A DNA stretch of 64,000 bases from Octopus bimaculoides (taxonomy: Eukaryota): contig NC_068989.1 in NCBI RefSeq assembly GCF_001194135.2, positions 94,517,512 to 94,581,511 on the forward strand. The letters are read 5' to 3'. Below the pieces are notes generated by a model. It was not told where the DNA came from. It was given only the letters and a program-made list of their open reading frames with translations, and did no database searches. This document shows positions 52,554 to 64,000 of the stretch, in pieces. A program made the translations under genes and the position numbers. The first letter of the stretch is position 1. Every line of letters starts with the position of its first letter.

Positions 52554-53070
52554 GATAAACGCGAGACGGAATATGTATACCATACGATTTTTTAAAACTA
52601 TTAATATATATATATATATATGAAGAGAGAAAGAGAGAGACAAAGAGTGAAAGAGATAGACATATATATATATATACATATAAGCACATATATATATAAA
52701 TACATATATAAATATGTATATATATATATATACATACATTTTCATATGTATATATAATTTTTACAATAAACGATGTATTTTAAAATAATAAATCTTTGCG
52801 ATTTAAGACTGGTGGTATAATAAATTAGCTAAATGTTTGAACGGTGATGTTGAGTAACAAAAGCGAATCGACTACAGGGTGAGGGTGGATGAGAGACTGA
52901 GAGGCAGAGAGTGAAGTTGGTTAGATAAAGAATTTGTGTGTATGTGAGTAGTGTGTGTGCGCGCGAGAGTCAGGCATAATTCCTCTTGTTATAATTGCAA
53001 ATATGTATATGTCTGTGTGCTTCTTTGTAAATGGCTATATAGCATCTATACTACTTATATGAGAATCGTG

Positions 53071-53255
53071 CCACTCCGTCGGTTACGACGACGAGGGTTC
53101 CAGGTGAACCGACCAACGGAACAGCCTGCTTTTGAGATTAACGTGCAAGTGGCTGAGCACTCCACAGGCACGTGTACCCTTAACGTAGTTCTCGGGGAGA
53201 TTCAATGTGGTACGGAGTGTGAAAAGGCTGGCCCCTTTGAATTACAGGTACAGCA
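53071..53255 (-). mobile_element. Family-3 SINE 3' portion
   Basis: ccactccgtcggttacgacgacgagggttccag..gtgcaagtggctgagcactccacag matches 49178-49360. Confidence 0.85.
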
Positions 53256-53467
53256 AAAACAGGAAGAAAGAATGAGAGAAAGTTGTGGTGGAAAAGTACA
53301 GCGGGGTTCGCCACCCCCAACCCCTGCCAGAACCTCGTGGAGCTTATATNNNNNNNNNNNNNNNNNNNNNNNNNNNNNNNNNNNNNNNNNNNNNNNNNNN
53401 NNNNNNNNNNNNNNNNNNNNNNNNNNNNNNNNNNNNNNNNNNNNNNNNNNNNNNNNNNNNNNNNNNN

Positions 53468-53660
53468 TACTCTTTTACTCTTTTACTTCTTTAAGTCATT
53501 TGACTGCGGCCATGCTGGAACACCGCCTTTAGTCGAGCAAATCGACCCCAGGATTTATTCTTTGGAAGCCTAGTACTTATTCTATCTGTCTCTTTGGCCG
53601 AACCGCTATGTTACGGGGACGTAAACACACCATTATCGTTTGTCAAGCAATGTTGGAGGC
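53468..53660 (-). mobile_element. Family-2 SINE 3' half
   Basis: tactcttttactcttttact..gtcatttgactgcggccatgctgg..agtcgagcaaatcgacccc..ccgaaccgctatgttacgggg. Confidence 0.85.
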
Positions 53661-54581
53661 ACAAACATATCGACACATATACATATATATACATATATAT
53701 ATATATGTGTGTTTGTGTGTGTTTGTGTGTGTGTGTGCGTGTGCGTGTGTGTATGTGTATGTGTGTATATGTATATATACATGTATATATATACATATAT
53801 ATATATATGTTTATATGCTTACATTTATATATTCACAAATTTATCCATATAGACATATATATTTAAATATACATATATACATGCATACAAACATTTATGT
53901 GTGTATGTGTGTACGTGTGTGTGTGTGTGTGTCTGTTAAAGAAGCACAAAACTAATTTTCTCATGAATTTTAGTAAAATACAAAATAAATTATGTCGTCT
54001 TGTGTTAGTCTAATTAATTTTAATACTGTATTGAATTAAACTATCTTGAAGAAGCCAAACGTATTGTTGAATATATTTTATCTAAGTCTTAATCAAAATG
54101 TTCGATTTTTTAAAAACTTATTTCCACATATCTGTATTTCATAAATTTATTGATGATATGTCTTAATATTTTTCAACCACTGAAGGTTCGCATTAAATTT
54201 ATGGCTATTTACATTTATCAGTACTTAAATAATAATTTCGTGTGATAAAAGCGTCTATCAAGTCAAATTAAATTAGTTTCTTCACCCTCGTTTTAACACC
54301 AGATATTATTTGGTAGTTTGATATTTTGACTTACATGCAATGTTGGAAATTGAAAGTCAAAATACAGCGTATATAAATACTTTCAAATTATATGTCTCTT
54401 TACACGCACATAAGCACTCATGATTATTAAGGATCTCTATAAAGGTATATTCGAAAGAATAAATTATTTATATGCATATTTGTACATATTACACACATAC
54501 ACGCACACTCTCACACACAGATATATAAATGCTTTATACACATACATACATATATAAATATTTATATATATATATATATAT

Positions 54582-54624
<43 letters not shown>

Positions 54625-55184
54625 NNNNNNNNNNNNNNNNNNNNNNNNNNNNNNNNNNNNNNNNNNNNNNNNNNNNNNNNNNNNNNNNNNNNNNNNNNNN
54701 NNNNNNNNNNNNNNNNNNNNNNNNNNNNNNNNNNNNNNNNNNNNNNNNNNNNNNNNNNNNNNNNNNNNNNNNNNNNNNNNNNNNNNNNNNNNNNNNNNNN
54801 NNNNNNNNNNNNNNNNNNNNNNNNNNNNNNNNNNNNNNNNNNNNNNNNNNNNNNNNNNNNNNNNNNNNNNNNNNNNNNNNNNNNNNNNNNNNNNNNNNNN
54901 NNNNNNNNNTATATATATATATATATATAAAAATGGATTTAAACGCAGATGTTATTCAAATTCTTTTACTTCCGACACATGTTTCGAAGATATCACTGGT
55001 ATTATTCCAAAAGAATAAAATGGTGTAAAACAATGTAATTTAAAATTAGTTTCTTTTTTCAACATTTGTGTATTCATTAGCTAAGTCTCATATAAAATGA
55101 TTTATTGTTTTAATCCTTGAATTAAATGAGGTTTAGATTTACTGTTAGGTGACTTTTGGCCAACCCTGTATATATATATAATAT

Positions 55185-55380
55185 CTTTTAATCACTTGTG
55201 TCAGTCATTAGCCTGCGGCCATTCTAGGGCACCGCCTTAAAGAACATTTACTCGAATTAATAAACGCATTACTCATATTTTTAAAAAAATCTGGTATTCC
55301 ATTGGTCTCTTTTGATCAATTACGGTGACGTAAAGACACCAATGCTAAGTGTCAAATCGATAGCGCGAAGAAACACGGAC
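55185..55380 (-). mobile_element. Family-2 SINE 3' half (head lies at 55782-55930)
   Basis: tcagtcattagcctgcggccattctagggcaccgcc..ttacggtgacgtaaagacacc..gtcaaatcgatagcg. Confidence 0.7.
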
Positions 55381-55408
55381 ACGCACGCATGCACGCACGC
55401 ACACACAC

Positions 55409-55439
<31 letters not shown>

Positions 55440-55450
55440 CNNNNNNNNNN

Positions 55451-55494
<44 letters not shown>

Positions 55495-55495
<1 letters not shown>

Positions 55496-55762
55496 TTAGG
55501 TAAATAATCCTTCGATCAGACGGTCAGTACCGACGCCTGCTGGGTTCGCCTGATCTACATTGATAAGAGGCAATACCTCGAAACTAGTCTGTAGATGCCA
55601 GACCAGCAAAGGGAAGCGGCTGACCTCCCCTGTTCGAAGGTTATAATGGACACAGATTCGTGTGTCACATAGCTAGCTATAGGCGATGACCTCTTGGAGA
55701 TAATCGACGGCAGTATTCGTCCTATTTTTGGACTGCCATGTTGGCTTGGCGATAACTATTAA
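55495..55762 (+). mobile_element. ~265-bp structured hammerhead-bearing insertion (retrozyme or non-autonomous PLE-like)
   Basis: GC-richer non-coding segment inserted in the internal CA/TA tract of a SINE; contains a hammerhead, a long rod and three small hairpins or palindromes. Confidence 0.55.
55554..55595 (+). ncRNA. Type-I hammerhead ribozyme, U3-A8 core variant
   Basis: TCTACA(helix I)-TTGATAA(core)-GAGG caata CCTC(helix II)-GAAA-CTAG-TC(GUC, cleavage after 55589)-TGTAGA(helix I'); helix I extends about 50 nt further. Confidence 0.8.
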
Positions 55763-55781
55763 TATATATATACATATATAC

Positions 55782-55930
55782 TCCACAGGCTTTCAGTTTC
55801 CGTCTACGAAATTCACTCACAAGTATTTGGCCGGCGCTAGAATGCAGTAGAGGACACATGGCCAAATATGCCACGCAGTGGAACTGAACCCAGAACCATG
55901 TGGTTGAAAAATAAGCTTCATACCCCGCAA
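55782..55930 (-). mobile_element. Family-2 SINE tRNA-derived head
   Basis: ctttcagtttccgtctacgaaattcactcacaag..gccacgcagtggaactgaacccagaaccatgtggttg. Confidence 0.8.
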
Positions 55931-56159
55931 CTATATATAAGTATATATATATATTTCTATATGCAAGAGGAAGTGTTCAAATGTAAGTGGAAACATTCTC
56001 TGCGGAACAAATCTGTTGTAGTTCAGGCTTCCACTGCTTAATTCAATCCTCAGGCATCAGTCTGCCGACCGGCAATGTCGTATGGGGCAGTATTGCTATG
56101 TAGTGCGTCTTTCTGTTGCTGTGCTTCTCCCTTGTTCGTCAATTTTTGTAGTGGTTGAA

Positions 56160-56540
56160 ACGAAGCTCTAGGAATGGTCATTTGTCGCTTTAAGAGCAAT
56201 CTCGTTCAGGACGGCGTCGACTTCATGGACGAATGAAAACATCATGAAAATTCACGAACTGATCGTAGAAGATCGTCACCAAACAATTGAGGAACATATC
56301 CTGACAACGAATTTTGAGTGAGGAATTGGGAATGAAAAGAGTTACATCAAAATGTGTGCCTCGCTTGCTCACGGAAGTTCAAAATCAGTCATGACAGAAT
56401 GTGTGTCGTGAACTGAAAGAACAGGTGGAAGTTGACCCAGACCTTTTTCGAAGGTCACCCATCACTGGTGACAAAAGCTGGTGCTATGCAGATGTAGAAG
56501 AGGTGAAGAAAAAACGACGAGGTTTCAAAAGCCATCCCTT
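56160..56540 (+). mobile_element. Internally deleted mariner transposase remnant
   Basis: DENIMKIHELIVEDRHQTIEE, ELGMKRVTSKCVPRLLTE (cf. WVPRLL), PITGDKSWCY (cf. TGDETW), DVEEVKKKT. Confidence 0.8.
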
Positions 56541-57145
56541 TGCACTGGTAATAATTCATTACTAAAAATAGTCTTTAAACGAACGACCATCAATATGTCA
56601 CATTCCGATATGCTGTTTTTGTTTCTTGCTGTTATTATTCAACATCTGTGTTCTTTCTTTTAACAGCATATATTTGATGGAATTTGTAGAGTATTTTTAG
56701 CTGGTATAGCCATAGCGTTTAAATGTTTGATTGAAAGTACCCCATCACACTATTTGATTAGAATCCATAGAAAATTAAAAATGTCCTCATGGAAATATTG
56801 GCTCCACGTTTCTCGATAATGTAAGCTAGTGTTTGCAATATACTCTTAGGAATATTTTATTGAAGTTCTTATAAATCAACATGTATGTTATTGCCATCTT
56901 TTCACTGAAGAAAAGGAATATATTTTATATAATGTTTTTATGCTTATATCACAAGAAGTAAATTTTTAGAAGGACAATATGCGATAGACTTGACAGTCAT
57001 CTGCATTCACGCATTTACTCATTCCTCCCTTTCTCACTTTCTCTCTTTCTCAGGAAATATATCTATGTGCGTAAACAATGCATTTATATGTGTATTAATA
57101 TATTAATATATGCTTAAATATATGCACATACATGTACACCCCCCC

Positions 57146-57196
<51 letters not shown>

Positions 57197-59355
57197 AGAA
57201 TACAATTGCATCAAAAGAACCTTCTTTTAAGACATAAATATACTTATTATACATACAGGTATCTTGGCTTGTGTTCATTAATCATGAGAAGTTTGTAAAC
57301 CGCTTCGAACTATATTTATTAGTGTGAACCAATAAAGTGCCAGTCTGTTTATGGTCACATGTCCAAGATGAAATAGTCGTATATAATGCACGATGGCCTT
57401 TAAAAATGCTATCTTCGACTACGCCGAGCAATGTAGCATAAAAAGAGAATGTGTAATTTAAATATATTTGGAACTCGTTATATGAGGAATGAACAGGAAC
57501 AAGGAGCAATAATAATTACTTTTATTTAGGTTTTGTAGCAATGTTCTGAGTGTTGTACTTGCTTGAGGGAAATAGGAAATAAAGAGACTTCTAATTTAAA
57601 TGCAAAATATCTTCGATTTTCACCAAATGACATGCAGAGAAAAACAAAATCACACATCAAATTGGTATGCTTAGCAGCAATACGAATAGAACCAAATGTG
57701 GAAGAATTCAAAATACGTGGTCAATAATCTAGAAATATTTGTTAGAAATTAAAGGTAATTATGTTTGTTAGAGCTAATGAGCAACTGCTATTTCTATAAA
57801 CGACTGAGATAGAAAGACAAGAATAGAACTCGTCTAAGAACTCAAGGAAGAATACAATTTGAATTAAAGGTAATAAAAATGAAATCATTTATGCAACACC
57901 AATGTCGGTGAGTCTTCGACAAAACAAGAGAATATGTAAAATATATGTATACTGTACTTGTAATAAGTTACCAAAATCTGGTGCTGAAAACAGTATCTGT
58001 AAATTATAAATGCTTCAATATGTATTTAATACGGAATTCAGTAGCTGGTGCTGTTCAAGACTTTGTAAGTAAGGCCAGAACAACTTGTATGGCTTTTCTT
58101 TTGTACTTGGGTACTCCAACAGATAGCGAATGTGTATCTCTAAAAAATAGACGTGTCACATCATAAATTGTAATTTTCGATTTCAGCCGAAAGTTTATCA
58201 TTATGTAGTATCTTGAAAGTAAATATATTGTCTGATTTTATTCATTTCACGTCAATTGAAATACATTGAAAATAGAAAGGAGGTAAGTTAAATGAATGAT
58301 CTTGAAGTTGGAATCGGTATATGTAAAAGTAACTTTACCTTGACAGACAGTCTAAATAATTTGATTTGGTGTGACTTCAAATCCTAATAGTAAGAAAGTT
58401 GATAATATCTGTTTTAATTATTTCAGGATAAAATACAAGAGATAACCCTATATTCGTGAACCTCTACCCAATTACTGATATGTGCCAAAACAAAGCACAG
58501 AACAAACTACGACCAATACAGTTGAGCAGTGAAGGTTCTCTCTAATTGGATACTTTAATAGTACCGAGAGCTAGGATCGCTCTCATTACAAAGGAAAACA
58601 CTGAAATCTAATTCGTTCAGATTTTATACTTAATTAGGAAATTCTTATAGGTGCTAATAATTGTGAATAACAATGACTGAGCGACTGGACAAATATTGGA
58701 CTAATATCTCATATTGAATACAGTCTATCTAATCACATTTTTTTCATAGCTTATTAAGGAATCATTATTCTCTGAATGACTGCAATATGTATTCAATGAT
58801 GAAGTTACTGAACTTGACTGATATCAAATGTGATTCACAATGAATGGCAACGTATTAGTGAGATAGTTATAACGTTAATACTGGAGAGCTAGTCACTTGA
58901 TAACAAGTGAAAGTACTGTGAATCGATCGAATGTAGGCGTTACTGGAGAAAGAAAAAAAGAAAGAAATTGAATGATAGACATAGAGAGAAGTTGAGAGTA
59001 TAAAATATTAAACGGAGAGTAGAAGTCACATGTTTCGAAAGTATAAGACAGACGAAACAGTGATAGAGGAGATGAGGAAAAGAACCGAAAGAAGTTGGAG
59101 AAACAAAGCATGAGACAAGATTACAGAAAGAGAGACTAGAAAGAGAAATGAGTTGTGAAGATACTTCATTAACGAGAGTGAAGGAGGATATAAAGAAAAG
59201 AGAGAAGGAGAAGCATGTTTTGTGTGTTAGAGGAAAACAAGGAAATAAGAAAAGACAAGGGGAAAGAGAGACATAAGTATAAGAACGATGAGACTATGAT
59301 GCTAAAGGGGACGCAAAACGTACGCTATAAATGTGTGTGAATATATATACGTGCT

Positions 59356-59373
59356 TAGATAGATAGATCGATC

Positions 59374-59439
<66 letters not shown>
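59356..59439. repeat. (GATA)n microsatellite that truncates the mariner
   Basis: Directly visible. Confidence 0.97.
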
Positions 59440-59440
<1 letters not shown>

Positions 59441-60238
59441 TACCCAAAAAGCTGAGATGGATGAGACTGCCCGCAGACCACCAAACAGTTACCATGACCT
59501 TCTTTTGGTGCAACTTTGGCTTCGGAAAGTGCCGTGGAGATTCGTCGGCGTCTAACCACTGAGCCCATCGTCGCCGGTTGTCGTAAATAATTCACTTTTA
59601 ATCGCAAGTCATATTCCGGTCGAGAAACGGGTCGTTCTTGTCGCGTAAAAGAAGAGAAGACGACACTTCAAAATGGCTTTTTAACATTTTTTGTCGTTCA
59701 ATTCGTGCGGCACCCATTCCTAAAGTATTTTTGTTTTTCCAATCTCTTTCAAGTGGTTGGAAATTGTCGTACGCGTTACGTCTAATTCAGAAGCAAGTTC
59801 TCGAACAGGTGTGCGTGGATTGGCTTCGACTAAGGCTCTTCGTTGATCGTTGTCAACATCCGATGGCCGACCACTACGCTTATCATCTTCAAGACCGCTA
59901 CGAAATTTCTTGAACCACCATTGTACTGTACGTTCATTAGTGGTTCCCGGATCAAATGCATCGTTGATATCGCGAACTGTTTCGGCAGTTTTTTGGCCTT
60001 GCTTGAACTGGAATAAGAAAATTGTGCGAATTTGCTTCTTGTCCATGTTGTATTCAACGTTCCGGAAAAAATCGACCTAATTGTTCAAAACGAAAACGAG
60101 TAAGACGATTAGATAGAGCGAAAAACGGGCTTTAAAATAATATGTAAAGTCAAAGTAATGTAACGAATATTAATTTGAAAATACATAAATTAAAACCCAA
60201 ATTTAAATTTCTGCAAGAACTTTCTTGACAACCTAATA
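59440..60238 (-). mobile_element. Mariner transposon 5' half: terminal repeat plus frameshifted transposase
   Basis: TA-TTAGGTTGTCAAGAAAGTT terminal repeat at 60238; MDKKQIRTIFLFQFK..ERTVQWWFKKFRSG..RSGRPS (HTH, ORF 59720-60046); WVPHELND, PFLDRNMTCD, PKPKLHQKKVMVTVWWS. Confidence 0.93.
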
Positions 60239-60261
60239 TATATATACCCCCCACACACACA

Positions 60262-60757
60262 CAAATATATATTCATATCACTATTCAACAAGGCCAACGA
60301 CATAACCATTGTTGATCTCTGCAGGACTCCACAATCACCTCTAATGTGCTCTGAAGAATGCCTCAACAAAATCAAGTCATTTCTTCAAAAATACGACTCC
60401 GGAAACATACTGGTGATGGGTGATTTTAACCTGCCTTATATAACCTGTCCCACAAATACTCTGAAGTTAAGCAACTGCACTTCACCAGACAAAGCAACAG
60501 CAGAATTACTCTTTAATCTCATGGATGAATTTTTCCTCTCGCAGCTAGTCCTCGAAACTAGACAGAATAAAACAATCTTGGATCTAACATTAGCAAACTA
60601 CTGTATCTCCATTCGCAGCATTTCAACTAAAAAGACTCTCTCCTCGGACCACGACATGATACTCAGCAAGTTTAATTTCTGACATATCAAAACCAAACCA
60701 GTCAATTGCACCCCACTGCACTTGAAGATATAAATTTACACAAAGTGGACTGGGAGC

Positions 60758-60760
<3 letters not shown>
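60262..60760 (+). mobile_element. CR1/L2-type LINE apurinic-endonuclease domain fragment
   Basis: ILVMGDFNLP, LMDEFFLSQLV..TRQNKTILDL, SSDHDMI (GDFN, LDL and SDH motifs). Confidence 0.85.
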
Positions 60761-60797
<37 letters not shown>

Positions 60798-61260
60798 TAT
60801 ACACGTACATTTACATACATACATACATATATGTATATATAGTANNNNNNNNNNNNNNNNNNNNNNNNNNNNNNNNNNNNNNNNNNNNNNNNNNNNNNNN
60901 NNNNNNNNNNNNNNNNNNNNNNNNNNNNNNNNNNNNNNNNNNNNNNNNNNNNNNNNNNNNNNNNNNNNNNNNNNNNNNNNNNNNNNNNNNNNNNNNNNNN
61001 NNNNNNNNNNNNNNNNNNNNNNNNNNNNNNNNNNNNNNNNNNNNNNNNNNNNNNNNNNNNNNNNNNNNNNNNNNNNNNNNNNNNNNNNNNNNNNNNNNNN
61101 NNNNNNNNNNNNNNNNNNNNNNNNNNNNNNNNNNNNNNNNNNNNNNNNNNNNNNNNNNNNNNNNNNNNNNNNNNNNNNNNNNNNNNNNNNNNNNNNNNNN
61201 NNNNNNNNNNNNNNNNNNNNNNNNNNNNNNNNNNNNNNNNNNNNNNNNNNNNNNNNNNNN

Positions 61261-61338
<78 letters not shown>

Positions 61339-61789
61339 CCTTTCCATTCGTTCTCAACTACTCATTTATAACGATGTCATGTGTACATCACTGACATAGC
61401 TATTCCACGAAGACTGACATTGAGAATGTTCTTCAATTTGAACGAGTTAAGCAAGTTTCTTTGAAATTGGAAACAGATTCAACTATCACACAAGAAAACA
61501 TACTTGTACTACACATTCAATAGTTACGAGTAGAAGCTTACAATTCATCACAAAATTTGATGCTTTCTATTGGTGATACCGAATGTATCATATTGTCAAA
61601 ACTTCATATATTGAAGAACACCAACCGTCATACTTATAAAATCCTAACGGAATGACGATGAATCTATTTAGCAGAGTGTTTAATATACACAAAGCTTCAA
61701 ACTCATATACTTTAGCTATATTGCAGAATATAGAAATTCTGAGGCGAAATTATATAATTTTAGTTTCAGATTTTAGTCCCAAGACAGAT

Positions 61790-61976
61790 GTTTTGTTGGA
61801 GGGGGTAATTCGACTACATCAAATTCAGTTCTCAGGTGGTACTTATATAATCGACTCCGCATGTATGTCGAACAAAAATCGACCTCGGTGGAATTTGAAC
61901 TCAGAACGTAAATCTGGAGGAAATAACGCTAAGTGCTATGTCCGGCGCAGTAAAGATTCTGCCAGCTTGCCGCCAT
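61790..61976 (-). mobile_element. Family-1 SINE, decayed
   Basis: aatcgacctcggtggaatttgaactcagaacg..gattctgccagcttgccgcc. Confidence 0.75.
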
Positions 61977-61992
61977 ATTGAATTACATAATA

Positions 61993-62210
61993 TTCTTTTC
62001 TACACTAGGCACATGGCCCGAAATTTGGTGGGAAGGGCCCAGTCGTTTACATCGACATCAGTAGGAAACTGGTACTTAATTTATCAATTTCCGAAAGGAT
62101 GAAAGGCAAAGTCAACCTCGGAAGAATTTGAACTCGGAACGTAACGACAGACGAAATGCCGCTTCGCATTTCGCCCGGCGTGCTAACCTTTCTGCCGGTA
62201 CGTCGCCTTT
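61993..62210 (-). mobile_element. Family-1 SINE, tandem to the previous copy
   Basis: ggcacatggcccgaaat..gaaaggatgaaaggcaaagtcaacctcgg..catttcgcccggcgtgctaacc. Confidence 0.85.
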
Positions 62211-62866
62211 GAATTACAGAATATTGTAAGATTATTCGAATGAATTATTTTACTAAATTCCAAGGTTTATTGAAGTGCTATAAATTACACTAGCCAACGT
62301 TTTATTATCAGCTGCAGTACGGCTCTAAAATCTTTTCCATTGCTACTTCATGCAGATGTGAAATTAAATAAGAAATATCAATATTCGTGACGTATTCTGT
62401 CACATTTCTGGTCCCATTGGGAAGGGTTACGGAATAGCATTCAGTATATAAGCTGAGTAAAGCTTTAATCATGTATTGATAAAGTGACAATATATATTCA
62501 CAGAGCCAAGTCAAATAGTGTACGATAGAGATTTGTATGTAGTTACCATCAACAAAGCTGTCATGAATGAAATCTATTCTTAGAAGACTGAAGGCGCATT
62601 CTTAGAAACATGTGACGCTGATGAGTGACGTAATTTCATGTAATGACTTTCGGTACACATCGATTCACCGTTAATTTTTGTAGCGCCGAAGGTATGTCAT
62701 CGACTGAGAAACTCTGAGGAGTTAGGAAGTGAATCATTAATTCATAGAAATAGGTGCAATCTACAAAATGTCTCTTGCTATGAAAAGATACATGCGCATA
62801 CATATATACACACGCACAAACACTTATATATATTCATACAGACACACGCTTATATACATGTGTGCG

Positions 62867-62919
<53 letters not shown>

Positions 62920-63192
62920 TCACAAATATGTATGTGCATATTCTCATACATGTACATAAATGCATAAGTATTCTTATTATATGCGTGTATTTGTATGTGT
63001 ATGTGCATGTATGTGTGTGTGGAATATGCGCAGTGTAGCTTTGGAAAAGCCATAGCTCAAAAGAGAACTCAATATACAATTATGTAGAGTGTGTATTTTA
63101 TGTATAGTCGTGCAAATGTAATAACGAATTACTCATGTACAAATATAAATGTAAATACACATATATACATACACACGCACTCACAATTGTGC

Positions 63193-63194
<2 letters not shown>

Positions 63195-63279
<85 letters not shown>

Positions 63280-63340
63280 CAGAGAGAGAGAGAGAGGAAG
63301 AGAGAGAGAGAGAGAGAGAGAGAAATGTGTGTGTGTATGT
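63195..63340. repeat. (TA)n/(GA)n/(TG)n compound microsatellite
   Basis: Directly visible. Confidence 0.95.
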
Positions 63341-64000
63341 GTATGCACATTTTCATAGATTTATCAATAAATTATTAACATATGCAGCATCGGCACAAAC
63401 ATATCTCCTGAGCGAACGAATATGAACAATAGACTTCACAGATATGTACAAATATTGCATTAGGAAAGAACTAATCATTAAAGAAGAAATATCTGGCTAC
63501 TTACCAAATTTAGGAACTATGAATACCCAGAGAATGTCGAAGACCTACAGGAGGTTTGAAACGAATAATTAAATGTCTTGGAACTTAGATTGGTTTATGA
63601 TAACATATATCTCTTGTGAAAAGAGAGAACCAATTACTGAAGAATTTATTATCGTATTCTCAAAAGATTTCGACATAAAAAGAATACAGGGAAACTGTAA
63701 GCCATATAATTCGGCGACGTGGGACTTATTTATTTAAGACTTTCTGATATATTGATCGAAAGAATGGGTTAAATTTCTACATAATAGCATTAAAGTATAC
63801 TTTTCCGAAAATACCATGGCATCGATACTTCGTTAATCGGCGAACGAAAGAAAGCTTACATTCTTTTTTTCTTTCTTTTGCTTTCCATTTTGAATCTATA
63901 AATTTCAGAGAAGGATCTCGTCAGTCCAAATATTTTCCCATATTTCGAAAGATTTTTTAGCCGCGAGTATATTTCTTCGAACAGATCGATATTTCTCAAT

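Noticed and set aside
62600-62650. CTGATGA-GTGA..TTCAT and other isolated CTGANGA hits (e.g. 29531, 31172, 43104, 63919 minus)
   Set aside because: No correctly placed GAAA, helix II and helix I, so consistent with chance.

Overview
AT-rich, gapped (18 N-runs) eukaryotic draft-assembly window that is almost entirely repetitive and looks intronic or intergenic. The SINE, LINE and microsatellite content resembles what I recall of cephalopod (Octopus-like) genomes; this is an inference, not a lookup. No host gene can be named with confidence. There are only a few low-confidence exon candidates, the best being a 91-codon open frame on the minus strand at 46800-47075. Most ORF-track entries are artefacts of microsatellites and gaps. 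Recognisable content: three tRNA-derived SINE families; decayed non-LTR retrotransposons (R4/Dong-like, RTE, CR1-type, Tx1/L1-like); Penelope-like element (PLE) fragments; three mariner remnants; one maT-like Tc1/mariner remnant; several fold-back MITEs. The main hunt result is a set of minimal type-I hammerhead ribozyme motifs from at least three unrelated repeat families, all with a palindromic helix III. The best one (55554-55595) appears complete, carries a compensatory U3-A8 core, and caps a ~140-nt rod-like fold inside a ~265-bp insertion that resembles a retrozyme or non-autonomous PLE derivative.
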